Of a stretch of 29,771 bases of DNA, positions 1 to 8,112 are shown one piece after another. Numbering within the stretch: the stretch's first letter is position 1; each line of letters begins with the position of its first letter. The notes under the pieces were generated by a model. That model searched no databases, was not told where the DNA came from, and was given only the letters and a program-made list of their open reading frames with translations. The DNA comes from a virus (Duplodnaviria > Caudoviricetes), in IMG/VR virus record IMGVR_UViG_3300044676_000858, positions 1 through 29,771 of that record. The stretch is one strand, 5' to 3'. A program made the position numbers and the translations under genes.

Positions 1-165
1 CATGAGCGCATTGACACAATTGAAAAGCAAATTGTTGCCATGAAAACTGAAATGGATATTCAGTTTAAGGATCTGTTCAATCGTGTGAAAAGACTAGAAG
101 CTATTATGATTGGCTCGTCGGCAGCTATAATTATTATGCTGCTAAGACTGAGCCTATCGGGATAA
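1..165 (+). CDS. partial small membrane protein (coiled coil plus C-terminal TM helix), lysis-region
   Basis: Frame 1 open from the window edge to TAA 163-165: HERIDTIEKQ...RLEAIMIGSSAAIIIMLLRLSLSG; not in the ORF track. Confidence 0.65.
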   Translation, partial: HERIDTIEKQIVAMKTEMDIQFKDLFNRVKRLEAIMIGSSAAIIIMLLRLSLSG

Positions 166-169
166 TGAC

Positions 170-637
170 TTGGCTGTACTTGAGAGCATCATGGCTGCGA
201 ACGCCGCTTATTCGGTTATCCGTCAAGCTCTCAGTAATGGTAAAGAAACTGCGGGACTTATTGGCGCGGTTGGTAAGTTTCTTTCGGCGGAAGAAGATGT
301 AAAGGAGGCTGTTCAACGCAAGAAGAACAGTCCACTTACTGCAATCACTGGTGGCTCGGAAGGTGATTGGGAAGAATTTCAACACCTAGAAAACTTAAAG
401 CAAAAGCGGCAAGAGTTAGAATCTTACTGTCGTTTATATGCGCCCCCTGGCACATGGGATCGTTGGCAGCAATGGCAAGCTGAAGCTCGTAAGCAGAGGC
501 AAGCTGCTAAGAAGGCTGCTGAGAAGGCCAGAGAGGAGCGTATGGAAGCGATAGCAACATTCGCGGGGATTGCCATGGCTGTAATCGTTCTGGCTCTCTG
601 TGTCTATTATCTGGGCGTTTACTTGGATCGTTGGTAA
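170..637 (+). CDS. hypothetical phage membrane protein
   Basis: 155 aa, TTG start, helical body, C-terminal hydrophobic segment IATFAGIAMAVIVLALCVYYLGVYL; TAATG overlap with next gene. Confidence 0.7.
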   Translation: MAVLESIMAANAAYSVIRQALSNGKETAGLIGAVGKFLSAEEDVKEAVQRKKNSPLTAITGGSEGDWEEFQHLENLKQKRQELESYCRLYAPPGTWDRWQQWQAEARKQRQAAKKAAEKAREERMEAIATFAGIAMAVIVLALCVYYLGVYLDRW

Positions 638-801
638 TGTGGATTCTTGTGTGGCTTAGTTTCATAGACAATAGATTTGAGTATTATCAGCTAGGTGCGT
701 TCGGCACTGAGGCGCATTGCAACAGAGCAAAGGCCAAAGCAGAGGTAATGGTTAAGAATGTCGGGCAAGCAGTCACATGTTTTGCAGTTGATAGAAATTA
801 A
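637..801 (+). CDS. small hypothetical protein (54 aa)
   Basis: ATG overlaps previous stop (TAATG); MWILVWLSF...HCNRAK...VTCFAVDRN, hydrophobic N-terminus and two Cys; below ORF-track cutoff. Confidence 0.6.
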   Translation: MWILVWLSFIDNRFEYYQLGAFGTEAHCNRAKAKAEVMVKNVGQAVTCFAVDRN

Positions 802-898
802 GTCAGGTGTGTGGTGTGTATACAAAAACAGAAAAGTTGTTATAATCACCACGCATAAACGGATAGCGGAGCGTTTATATGCCAGCAACAGTGATTGA
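782..898 (+). CDS. possible small hypothetical protein (~38 aa)
   Basis: TTG-started ORF ...IEIKSGVWCVYKNRKVVIITTHKRIAERLY... fills the gap between neighbours; start uncertain. Confidence 0.35.
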   Translation: MQLIEIKSGVWCVYKNRKVVIITTHKRIAERLYASNSD

Positions 899-1091
899 TG
901 AATACAAGATATTCCCACGGCTGATGATGCTAGTGGTTACTATTTTAACTTACCAAAGCGTACACTGGTACATGTCTTTGCCTGATCCTAGCAATGGACA
1001 GGCTGGTTTAGTTTCAGTTTGCATGGGCGCATTGACTGGTTGCTTTGGTATCTGGATGAACAAAGAAGCTAAGACGGATCGTGGCTCATGA
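879..1091 (+). CDS. two-TM membrane protein, holin/antiholin-like
   Basis: 70 aa, two hydrophobic segments, GGAG RBS, upstream of holin and endolysin. Confidence 0.65.
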   Translation: MPATVIDEYKIFPRLMMLVVTILTYQSVHWYMSLPDPSNGQAGLVSVCMGALTGCFGIWMNKEAKTDRGS

Positions 1092-1432
1092 TTGGACAAA
1101 TAGTATCTAGCTTAGGTGGCTTAGCCAAATCCTATATTGACAGCAAGACAGCGATTAAGCTGACAGAAGCTGAGATTAAAAAGAAACAGTTGACTGGTGA
1201 AATTGATTGGGAACAGTCTGCCATCGAAGCCAGTAAGGAAAGCTGGAAAGACGAACTTTGGACTATAGTTTTTGTTTTAATATTATGTGCCAACTTCATT
1301 CCTTCATTGCAAGATACAATGGCACAAGGCTTTGCTAATCTGGAGACAACACCGTTATGGGTTCAATGGGGAATGTATGCTTCCATAGCTGCATCGTTTG
1401 GAATCCGTACTATGAGAGGGTTAAAGAAATGA
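1088..1432 (+). CDS. holin (resembles 3-TM GTA-release holin family)
   Basis: 114 aa; SWKDE motif, TM segments, C-terminal ASFGIR..basic tail; ATGA overlaps on both sides; directly precedes endolysin. Confidence 0.7.
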   Translation: MIGQIVSSLGGLAKSYIDSKTAIKLTEAEIKKKQLTGEIDWEQSAIEASKESWKDELWTIVFVLILCANFIPSLQDTMAQGFANLETTPLWVQWGMYASIAASFGIRTMRGLKK

Positions 1433-1899
1433 GTTTTAATTTAAGTAAGCGCAGTCTTAATAGATTGAATGGTGTTCGTTCCGACATGGTTGAGACTGTG
1501 AAGTTAGCTATTAAACTAACGCGCGTTGACTTTGGTGTGACATGCGGCTTGCGTACAGTTGAAGAGCAAAAGAAGCTTGTGGCTACTGGTCGCTCTCAAA
1601 CTATGAATAGTAAACATATCCCACAGTCAGATGAATACTCTCATGCAGTTGATCTTGTTGCATATCAAGGTTCTGATGTTGTTTGGGAGTTAAATGTTTA
1701 TGACGAAATATGTGATGCGATGGCAGCGGCTGCCAAAGAAACTGGCGCGTCGATTAAGTGGGGTGCAGCGTGGAGCGAGGGTGACATACGCGCGTATAAA
1801 GGCTCGGCTGAAGATGCTATGAATGCTTACATTGACCTTCGTCGTTCTGAGGGCAGACGTCCGTTTCTTGATGGCCCTCACTTTGAGCTGATGGCCTAA
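1429..1899 (+). CDS. endolysin, M15-family Zn peptidase (L-Ala-D-Glu type)
   Basis: S-L-N-R-L-x-G-V, GLRTVEEQ, SKH, HAVD, WG, DGPHFEL motifs; start moved to ATG 1429 (ATGA overlap with holin). Confidence 0.9.
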   Translation: MSFNLSKRSLNRLNGVRSDMVETVKLAIKLTRVDFGVTCGLRTVEEQKKLVATGRSQTMNSKHIPQSDEYSHAVDLVAYQGSDVVWELNVYDEICDAMAAAAKETGASIKWGAAWSEGDIRAYKGSAEDAMNAYIDLRRSEGRRPFLDGPHFELMA

Positions 1900-2089
1900 G
1901 TTTAGGGCGTATAGACTTAGATAATATACCAGTATCTTTGCAAAACAAATCGGCTGGCAATACATCTGATATTTCTTCACTGGCACGAATGACTTCCTGA
2001 CACTTGGCACTACTTTCGAGTAGTATATTGGATTCCATTGGGTATCCATTTAACACATAAGCTATTGTAAATATAAAGTAAGTTTCCAT
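1817..2089 (-). CDS. hypothetical exported/membrane protein
   Basis: AGGAG RBS, hydrophobic N-terminus, Cys pair, SIRPKLRP motif; 3' end overlaps endolysin convergently. Confidence 0.6.
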   Translation of the reverse strand: METYFIFTIAYVLNGYPMESNILLESSAKCQEVIRASEEISDVLPADLFCKDTGILSKSIRPKLRPSAQSEGHQETDVCPQNDEGQCKHS

Positions 2090-2198
2090 TGCGCTCTCCT
2101 TTTGTTTTGATAAGTTGTCTTGGTGGGCGGTTGATACTATCAGTTTTTGTTGGTTGTATCAGACTGCTATAGCCCGACACATAGCTCCGCCCACACGA

Positions 2199-2609
2199 TT
2201 ACATCCCACTCTCTGAATGCTGAACAAACTTATCATCAAGCACTACACTTTTACGGGGTAAGCGATAGCGATACATGCAGTTCCGTACAGCAAGTACATC
2301 TTTATCTAATACATCGGCTGCTTGCTCTGGTGTCAGGCCATAGTTTAGCATCTTGTTTATTTTCATTGCTTGTGGGCTGATCTTTACTTCTGTCTTTTGC
2401 TTTTTCTTTTCTCGCCCTAGCTTTAGCGCAGCCGCTTGGCTTTTCTTGCTGCGATCCATTGTGTTGCCAGTGTTGCCAGTGTTGATTTGCTTCTCTTGTT
2501 TGAGTGCCTTGAGCTTCATCATCATTGCAACTTCTGCTTGATTTGGGTCGCGCTTAAATGCTCTTTTGAAATTGTCCAATGTGATCTCAACGTCCACAAC
2601 ATTAACCAT
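2199..2609 (-). CDS. HTH-containing DNA-binding protein, candidate late-gene regulator
   Basis: 136 aa; C-terminal GLTPEQAADVLDKDVLAVRNCMYRYRL is HTH-like; AGGA RBS. Confidence 0.6.
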   Translation of the reverse strand: MVNVVDVEITLDNFKRAFKRDPNQAEVAMMMKLKALKQEKQINTGNTGNTMDRSKKSQAAALKLGREKKKQKTEVKISPQAMKINKMLNYGLTPEQAADVLDKDVLAVRNCMYRYRLPRKSVVLDDKFVQHSESGM

Positions 2610-2623
2610 TGTTTCATCCTTTG

Positions 2624-2650
2624 AAAAAAAGGCCAGCCCGAAGGCTGGCT
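2624..2650 (-). terminator. rho-independent terminator
   Basis: Minus strand AGCCAGCC-TTCG-GGCTGGCC followed by T7. Confidence 0.85.
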
Positions 2651-2722
2651 AGTTTAGTGGGAGGCTGAGGCAAAATCTGCGATGAACAGGCAGTGTGTAC
2701 CTCCCACGGAGAACATCTCTAT

Positions 2723-3118
2723 TTAAAAGGGAATGTCATCATCTTTCAAGGCTTGTGATGCAGCTTTGCCTTGTGGCTCTGAGATATTGAATGACATGTA
2801 TGGCTTACCATCTTTCATTCTACGCCATCCCGCTACTCTGCGGTTGGGATGTGGGTCAGTCCACGGCTGCTGTTTGTCTTGCATGTTGTACATGTTACCA
2901 GTGTAATCAGGCGCACCTTCTTTGCCACCTTCTTGTTTAAACATTACACCAACTTTTTCGTAGACTTCCATGATCTCACGTCCACCTTTGGTTTCACGAC
3001 GAACAATTGCATAGCGTCCTTCTCTGCCCTCAACATTCATCTTGCCTTGCAAGATCATCTTCATGTCTTCAAAAGGTGGGAATGCCACGCCATCATTTGT
3101 ATTGTCATATTCTGCCAT
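2723..3118 (-). CDS. ssDNA-binding-like protein (DUF736-like) with SSB-type acidic tail
   Basis: GAPDYTG and AGW...DGKPYMSF motifs; C-terminal DDDIPF; downstream of the exonuclease/ERF module. Confidence 0.7.
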   Translation of the reverse strand: MAEYDNTNDGVAFPPFEDMKMILQGKMNVEGREGRYAIVRRETKGGREIMEVYEKVGVMFKQEGGKEGAPDYTGNMYNMQDKQQPWTDPHPNRRVAGWRRMKDGKPYMSFNISEPQGKAASQALKDDDIPF

Positions 3119-3135
3119 GCTTCTGGCTCCTTTAG

Positions 3136-3396
3136 CTAAATAAGTTTATCTTGACGAGGATCGTCTGGTAGGAATTTTATATCTATTAGTTGGTAATCTC
3201 TTCCTCCTGTTTTAGATTTAAAAACTTTGCTTGATGGCTTTAAGCTTTCAATTTGAAAAGGCTCAAGATACATAATCTTGTTATTGTGTATAAGCTTGAG
3301 GCCGCCTTGTTTGATTGCGGCCTCCGCCTCATAATCTCTTATTGAAACATACTCACCTTTCCAGAGTTTCTTTACCACCTTTGTAAGCATTACCAA
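3136..3396 (-). CDS. hypothetical protein
   Basis: 86 aa ORF packed between ERF and SSB-like genes; AT-rich. Confidence 0.6.
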   Translation of the reverse strand: MVMLTKVVKKLWKGEYVSIRDYEAEAAIKQGGLKLIHNNKIMYLEPFQIESLKPSSKVFKSKTGGRDYQLIDIKFLPDDPRQDKLI

Positions 3397-3821
3397 GCAT
3401 CGCCTCCGCTGCTCTGCGCTTGGCCTCTTGGGGGGCCGCTTGAGCGCGAGGCTGCATTGCCATCGTCATCCTCTGCAGGAAGATTAAGTAAAGACATAAT
3501 GCCATACCGACGAGCGTAGGTAATGGCACTGCCCAATCCCTGCATGTCATTCTTGCCAAGTACAAGTGGCACATGAGAAACCATCTCCCAAGTAGGATCG
3601 TCTTCATGCATAAGGATAGTATCTACAAACGAGCCATGCTCATTGGCAGATACTTGTTGGCTAAGAAAGAAGCCGTGATTAGCCAATGGCTGTGTCACTG
3701 CTTCGATGCAACCTTCCAGCGTTACATAACGACTGCGAAAGTGTGGGTTGGTGCCAGTCTTTGCAGGTGGCTGTATATCTTTACGCGCCTTGATTAATAG
3801 GCTTACTATGTTTTTAGACAT
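3390..3821 (-). CDS. erf: ERF-family single-strand annealing protein
   Basis: NPHFRSRY and QGLGSAITYARRY motifs; start set to ATG 3821 after GGAGAAC RBS. Confidence 0.9.
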   Translation of the reverse strand: MSKNIVSLLIKARKDIQPPAKTGTNPHFRSRYVTLEGCIEAVTQPLANHGFFLSQQVSANEHGSFVDTILMHEDDPTWEMVSHVPLVLGKNDMQGLGSAITYARRYGIMSLLNLPAEDDDGNAASRSSGPPRGQAQSSGGDAW

Positions 3822-4194
3822 TGGTGTTCTCCTTTTTCCATAGTTCTCTTTTGTGTTTGTAGTATGCGTCCAATGCCACACTTGTTGTTCTCCAAGGTGG
3901 ATGTTCATACCCTGTTAATACATCATCAATGCTTTCACATTCACAAGGTGTTGGGATTATTTGCCTTCTCTTAAATGTTTTATTGTACCATGGTTTATGT
4001 TTATAAATTAAAAGCTGTTCATTTAGATACGCTTCTTCCTTAGTTTCAAACGGTTGGTACAAAATCCATGATGATGTTGTGAATGGCCTATCATTTCTAA
4101 AATGTTCTCTTATTCTTTTCTGAACATTTATAGAGTGACCAATATACATGGGGTCTAATTTGCCTTTAGGCACAAATGCATATACGCCAATCAT
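3814..4194 (-). CDS. GIY-YIG nuclease (free-standing, possibly homing)
   Basis: GVY...YIG-H-S...R...H...E...KP-W-YN motif set; AT-rich. Confidence 0.8.
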   Translation of the reverse strand: MIGVYAFVPKGKLDPMYIGHSINVQKRIREHFRNDRPFTTSSWILYQPFETKEEAYLNEQLLIYKHKPWYNKTFKRRQIIPTPCECESIDDVLTGYEHPPWRTTSVALDAYYKHKRELWKKENTNV

Positions 4195-4961
4195 CGCTTT
4201 GTAATCCTTAGTGAGCCGCGCTTGTCGCGTTTGATTGTTAAGTAATCGCAGTAAACTTCACGCTCATTATCTCCGACCATAGCTTTTAATTGCTTCTTGG
4301 CTCCCTCAAAGATTTTGTTGTGTTCGATACCATTAATGTAAGTAACGGCTGCGTCGACGAACTGGTTGTCGAGTGTTGCATCTCGTACGACCATATCGTC
4401 AACCTTGATTTGGTTAATTGAGATGCTCGGTGTGTCAATACCAATTGGCTCTTCATCGCGAACAACGTAACCCCAGAAGTCCGACACCACTGCCCACATT
4501 GAATTGAAATACTCTTCATCGTATGCGACATGTGCGCTTTCCCATTTACTATTACCAAAAATTACAGAGAGGTAGGCACCTTCACAGTTTGCCAAGTGGC
4601 AATACAACTGTATCTGTGGCATGTAACGCCCGATCTGTTCGTCCATATTAGTAAAGGCATTGGTGTGCTTGGCTTCAACGATGTTGCGTTCACCTCGAAC
4701 ACCAGCATCTATTGTGCCTTTGACTGGCACCTCGCCGATCTTGCTAATAAATTCTTTTTGATGCGCGGCAAGCACTACGTTATGTTGCTTTTCAAACCAT
4801 TGCAGGTTGAAGTCTTCGGTGAATGTACCAAGCTGCACTGGCAAATTGTTAGACAGATCATCAGATTCAGAACGACCAGTCTTTACTTGCCATAGCTCGT
4901 ACCATTCACCATTCATAATTTTAACGCAGTCGCTGCCGCCTATGAAACCTTTGCGGTTCAT
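4191..4961 (-). CDS. YqaJ/lambda-exonuclease-family recombination nuclease
   Basis: RKGFIGGSD, G...E, GTID, EAK, QIQLY motifs; paired with ERF. Confidence 0.9.
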   Translation of the reverse strand: MNRKGFIGGSDCVKIMNGEWYELWQVKTGRSESDDLSNNLPVQLGTFTEDFNLQWFEKQHNVVLAAHQKEFISKIGEVPVKGTIDAGVRGERNIVEAKHTNAFTNMDEQIGRYMPQIQLYCHLANCEGAYLSVIFGNSKWESAHVAYDEEYFNSMWAVVSDFWGYVVRDEEPIGIDTPSISINQIKVDDMVVRDATLDNQFVDAAVTYINGIEHNKIFEGAKKQLKAMVGDNEREVYCDYLTIKRDKRGSLRITKR

Positions 4962-4983
4962 TGTGTTCTCCTTTTTTCTTTTG

Positions 4984-5012
4984 AGTCTACTGCATATGTG
5001 CAGCTAAGGCAA
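4984..5012 (-). promoter_or_regulatory. sigma70-like promoter with palindromic operator in its spacer
   Basis: -35 TTGCCT (5012-5007), 17 bp, -10 TAGACT (4989-4984); CTGCA-TATG-TGCAG at 4990-5003. Confidence 0.7.
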
Positions 5013-5372
5013 GTTATATTGTTCTGTTGCTGCCTCATGTCTGGATGTTAGATCACCAATGTGAATGTTGTATTGGTGTTCTGAGTACAGTTCTTTGTAC
5101 TCATCCATGTACGACTTGCGATGAGCGTTAAGCGTTTCTTCGAGGATCATACCAAGCTTAATCATTTGCACAGCACGGCGACCCCAGAGATACTCTACGC
5201 CTACAAGTTCACATCGCTTGATGCGCTCTGCGTTGACTTGCAAGCTGTCTGGTTGCCATGATTTGGCGCGTTCCTTTTGTGCCTTGCGATCTTCTTCATA
5301 TATTTTGTGGGATGGACGGTTGACGCTTGCTGCCCAAACGTCATCCTCTACTGCACGACCTACTGCTTTCAT
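5004..5372 (-). CDS. hypothetical protein
   Basis: 122 aa, ATGA overlap with upstream HTH gene. Confidence 0.65.
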   Translation of the reverse strand: MKAVGRAVEDDVWAASVNRPSHKIYEEDRKAQKERAKSWQPDSLQVNAERIKRCELVGVEYLWGRRAVQMIKLGMILEETLNAHRKSYMDEYKELYSEHQYNIHIGDLTSRHEAATEQYNLP

Positions 5373-5572
5373 GATACCACCTTAAAATATAAAGCTACAT
5401 GCTTTCCGCTTGGCACTTTGACCATGACTTTATCTACTGGATAGCCAGATTGTTTTAGATCATTGATGCGTGATGCTAGTCGAAAGCATTGAAACTTTTC
5501 TAATGCTTCAACAGCAGTAATAGTTTTACCTAATTCAAGGTGTGCTTTTATCATCTTGTTCTGCGATTCCAT
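5369..5572 (-). CDS. small winged-HTH DNA-binding protein
   Basis: SQ...IKAHL..GKTITAVEAL..FQCFRLASRINDLK..GY pattern typical of phage wHTH proteins; GGAGG RBS. Confidence 0.8.
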   Translation of the reverse strand: MESQNKMIKAHLELGKTITAVEALEKFQCFRLASRINDLKQSGYPVDKVMVKVPSGKHVALYFKVVS

Positions 5573-5894
5573 GGTTGTCCTCCATTATGTTTTGGAACTG
5601 TTCGCCAGTCATTATGACTAATGTTTGCGGCTTGCCTCGCCGCCGTTTGTAAAAGGCAATGTCTCTGCCTTCTAATACTTTGAAGGGACTGGGGAAGTTA
5701 GACGTATCTCTGTACTTAACTTCACCTACCAGCTTTCGTCCGTTGATGAAGAGGTGGATGTCCCCTGAATACTCGCCTCCCAAGCTTCCTGAGAGGGGGA
5801 CGCGTTTCGCTTCGATCTTCGCTTTGATTTTGTTGAGCCAGTCCACGAACCACTTTTCGTGGTAAGTTCCTTTTGACTTGTTACGGTTTGCCAT
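5535..5894 (-). CDS. Holliday junction resolvase (Hjc-like PD-(D/E)XK)
   Basis: NKSKG..HE, RVPLSG, GDI, EVK motifs; GAGGAGG RBS. Confidence 0.8.
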   Translation of the reverse strand: MANRNKSKGTYHEKWFVDWLNKIKAKIEAKRVPLSGSLGGEYSGDIHLFINGRKLVGEVKYRDTSNFPSPFKVLEGRDIAFYKRRRGKPQTLVIMTGEQFQNIMEDNHGIAEQDDKSTP

Positions 5895-6046
5895 CTGTCC
5901 TCCTCATAGCAATGAAGACAAACAAACCAATGCTTCTCCATTGTGCCACGATGCTTGCGCTTTAGTATGGCAACAAACCACTCAGTGATTGTGCCACACG
6001 CAATACAGTTAATCGTTTGTCTTTTTCTTTTTGACTTCGATGTCAT
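5726..6046 (-). CDS. putative zinc-finger protein
   Basis: CIAC...CLHC; 3' part runs 169 bp into the resolvase gene in another frame. Confidence 0.5.
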   Translation of the reverse strand: MTSKSKRKRQTINCIACGTITEWFVAILKRKHRGTMEKHWFVCLHCYEEDRWQTVTSQKELTTKSGSWTGSTKSKRRSKRNASPSQEAWEASIQGTSTSSSTDESW

Positions 6047-6242
6047 AGTCTAGTGCCTCAAGCCAACACATTAAGAAGAAGCCAGACGGAACACGTTTGT
6101 GCTGCTCCCATTTATGAATCAGAGATTCGGTGCAGCCTATGATCTTAGCTAAGTCGGGTTGACTCAGTTTCTTTTCGTGTCTCGCTTTCACCAGCATCTT
6201 GATTAGCTGATCGTAGTTTTGAGACAGCCGAGTGTTCTTCAT
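6009..6242 (-). CDS. XRE-family HTH regulator
   Basis: LVKARHEKKLSQPDLAKIIGCTESLIHKWEQHKRVPS is a classic XRE HTH; start set to ATG 6242. Confidence 0.8.
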   Translation of the reverse strand: MKNTRLSQNYDQLIKMLVKARHEKKLSQPDLAKIIGCTESLIHKWEQHKRVPSGFFLMCWLEALDYDIEVKKKKTND

Positions 6243-6408
6243 AGATTGCCTTGTAGATACGACAAGCTGTGTCGTAACGCATCTCTGTTGTTCCGTTGAC
6301 TGACCGATAGTAAGTAGAAGTTGGAACCTCTGCTCGTGCAAATGCGTCGAGCAAAGGTACGTTTAGCTCATTAGCTAATACTTGCAGTTGTGAAAAGTAT
6401 GGTTTCAT
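6145..6408 (-). CDS. Cro/CI-like HTH regulator, probably leaderless
   Basis: LLDAFARAEVPTSTYYRSVNG...MRYDTACRI HTH-like; no RBS, promoter directly abuts the ATG. Confidence 0.7.
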   Translation of the reverse strand: MKPYFSQLQVLANELNVPLLDAFARAEVPTSTYYRSVNGTTEMRYDTACRIYKAIYEEHSAVSKLRSANQDAGESETRKETESTRLS

Positions 6409-6443
6409 ACTGCATTGATGCAGTTATTATTGTTTGCTGTCAA
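6409..6443 (-). promoter_or_regulatory. promoter with operator over the -10
   Basis: TTGACA (6443-6438), 17 bp, CATCAA, 6 bp, ATG; ACTGCA-TTGA-TGCAGT at 6409-6424. Confidence 0.65.
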
Positions 6444-6648
6444 CCTTTGCAAGATCATCTTTAAACATATCTAACCAGTCATTAGGCACAAAGCCATTAG
6501 CTACAAACTCTTGCATTGATACATGCAAATCTGGTGCTACTTCTTTTATATGCTTGCCGCTTTTTAATTCATTTAGTTGGTCTTGAGTAATATCTACTTC
6601 GATAGTATTTAGTTTGTTAGACCAAGGACTTCTTCTTGTGATTTTCAT
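6427..6648 (-). CDS. hypothetical phage protein
   Basis: MKITRRSPWS...EFVANG...W; start set to ATG 6648 after GAAAGG. Confidence 0.65.
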   Translation of the reverse strand: MKITRRSPWSNKLNTIEVDITQDQLNELKSGKHIKEVAPDLHVSMQEFVANGFVPNDWLDMFKDDLAKVDSKQ

Positions 6649-6658
6649 ATCAAACCTT

Positions 6659-6853
6659 TCATTCAAAATCATAGTCAACTTCTACTTCGCCAGAGCCTTT
6701 GCAGTTCCAACAAGTATCTTTGTATTCTTCAAGGCTTTGAGGCAGGTCATAGCTCAAACGCTTTTCAGGACGTTCATATGTTAGCTGACCATCGCCCAGG
6801 CATTCAGGACAAGCCACGGTTTCAGTAGGGTATTTCGTCGTTGAGTGGGGCAA
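6659..6853 (-). CDS. DnaJ-type zinc-finger small protein
   Basis: CPECLGDG ... CWNCKGSG (two CxxCxGxG). Confidence 0.7.
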   Translation of the reverse strand: MPHSTTKYPTETVACPECLGDGQLTYERPEKRLSYDLPQSLEEYKDTCWNCKGSGEVEVDYDFE

Positions 6854-7022
6854 GATGATTGTCCTCCCATGATTGCATGCAACGAGCTAAGAACTTGTCT
6901 GCATTAAAGTTAGGATTCACTGACTTAATTGCGTCTGCAATAGCCATGTGTGCATGTGGTGATAGTTCCACACCCAGCTTGTCGCTGAGTGTGTCTAGTT
7001 CTTTTGATGATAGATTAAGCAT
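6822..7022 (-). CDS. hypothetical phage protein
   Basis: 66 aa with NPNFNADKF motif; ATG overlaps DUF932 stop (TAATG), GGGAG RBS. Confidence 0.65.
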   Translation of the reverse strand: MLNLSSKELDTLSDKLGVELSPHAHMAIADAIKSVNPNFNADKFLARCMQSWEDNHLAPLNDEIPY

Positions 7023-7849
7023 TAAGCAAACTCCCATTCTTTGTTGCGCATTGCAGATGCAATGGCTGCTTCACGATTGTAACGCGCAGTGTGCGGTGAT
7101 CGCAGTTCACGAGTGTGCGTTGCCCAGTAGGTTAGCGTGTTGTACGCAGCCCATTTGTTGTGGCCTAGCGCAGCCGTTTCATTGCTCCAGATAGACAGCA
7201 AGTTCTCAAGCTGCTTCTCGTTAGTCTTAGAGACTGTGACTTGGCGCGTGAACGCTTTAGCTACAGTCTTCTTAAAGAAGTTCTCTATCTGTGCGTCTGT
7301 CACTGGTGTGCGCATCCATGACTGCCACACTTCTTTGCGTGACATAAAGTGTTGCAAACCAATAATCATTTTATTGGCACTACCTTCTACGTTGATAGAC
7401 GCAGTATGCTTGTAGCGTGTTTTAGCTACTGCATCAGGCGTGGTGCATCCGTTCAAGCACCAGAGGCGTAGGCCACTAGCTGCTTGTGAGAATGACCACG
7501 ATGCATCGTAGCTATTGAAGAAGTCTACTTTGAACTTGGTGTAGTCACCGACTGCGGGTTCAACTGTAAGATCATTAAATAGAATGTGACCGCGCAGCTT
7601 GCGACCATCTTCTAGCACCTCAACATCAACGGTATAGTCATTCGATAAGTCTGCTTGTGACACACCGTCCAAGATTGAATTGACAACATCATCATGGCTT
7701 ACTGCCTTGTAGCGAGAGCCGTGTACACCCAACACTTTATTGGTGTCAGTGCGCATCACTGCTTTGTGACCTTCAATAGGTTCGCCATTGATGTCATAGA
7801 TAGGTTGCGTTTGGATTGGAAAGCTCCAATCATTTGTCATATCAAGCAT
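7022..7849 (-). CDS. DUF932-family phage/plasmid protein
   Basis: RTDT..VLG.HGSRY, NSYD, LRLWCLNG, H, WAAYNTLTYWATH motifs. Confidence 0.85.
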   Translation of the reverse strand: MLDMTNDWSFPIQTQPIYDINGEPIEGHKAVMRTDTNKVLGVHGSRYKAVSHDDVVNSILDGVSQADLSNDYTVDVEVLEDGRKLRGHILFNDLTVEPAVGDYTKFKVDFFNSYDASWSFSQAASGLRLWCLNGCTTPDAVAKTRYKHTASINVEGSANKMIIGLQHFMSRKEVWQSWMRTPVTDAQIENFFKKTVAKAFTRQVTVSKTNEKQLENLLSIWSNETAALGHNKWAAYNTLTYWATHTRELRSPHTARYNREAAIASAMRNKEWEFA

Positions 7850-8090
7850 TGCTGTTCTCCACTTGTTTTAGTTTCTTGTAGTTAAGAAGAAGCTCAGTAA
7901 GAGTTTCTATTTCTTTAATCATTAACTTGATGAAGTCTGATGCTGCATCCTTTGTTAATGGGAATGGCACACGAGTAAGCAAATCAATTTCATCTGTGAA
8001 ATTGGATTCGTTTATCTCGATAGCAATTCGTGATCGTTGCTTTGCAATGTCATGGATTTTCCATAACTGTTTTGATGTTGCATATTCCAT
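7842..8090 (-). CDS. hypothetical protein
   Basis: MEYATSKQL...LTKDAASDFI; start ATG 8090 after GGAGAAC. Confidence 0.7.
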   Translation of the reverse strand: MEYATSKQLWKIHDIAKQRSRIAIEINESNFTDEIDLLTRVPFPLTKDAASDFIKLMIKEIETLTELLLNYKKLKQVENSNA

Positions 8091-8112
8091 GGTGTTCTCC
8101 GTGGTTGTTACA

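Noticed and set aside
2123-2197. tRNA gene
   Set aside because: Size and closing stem fit, but no TTC T-loop, D-arm or anticodon arm
7113-7122. Fifth copy of the late motif (GTGTGCGTTG)
   Set aside because: Lacks the TTT, has no AT-rich spacer and is antisense inside DUF932
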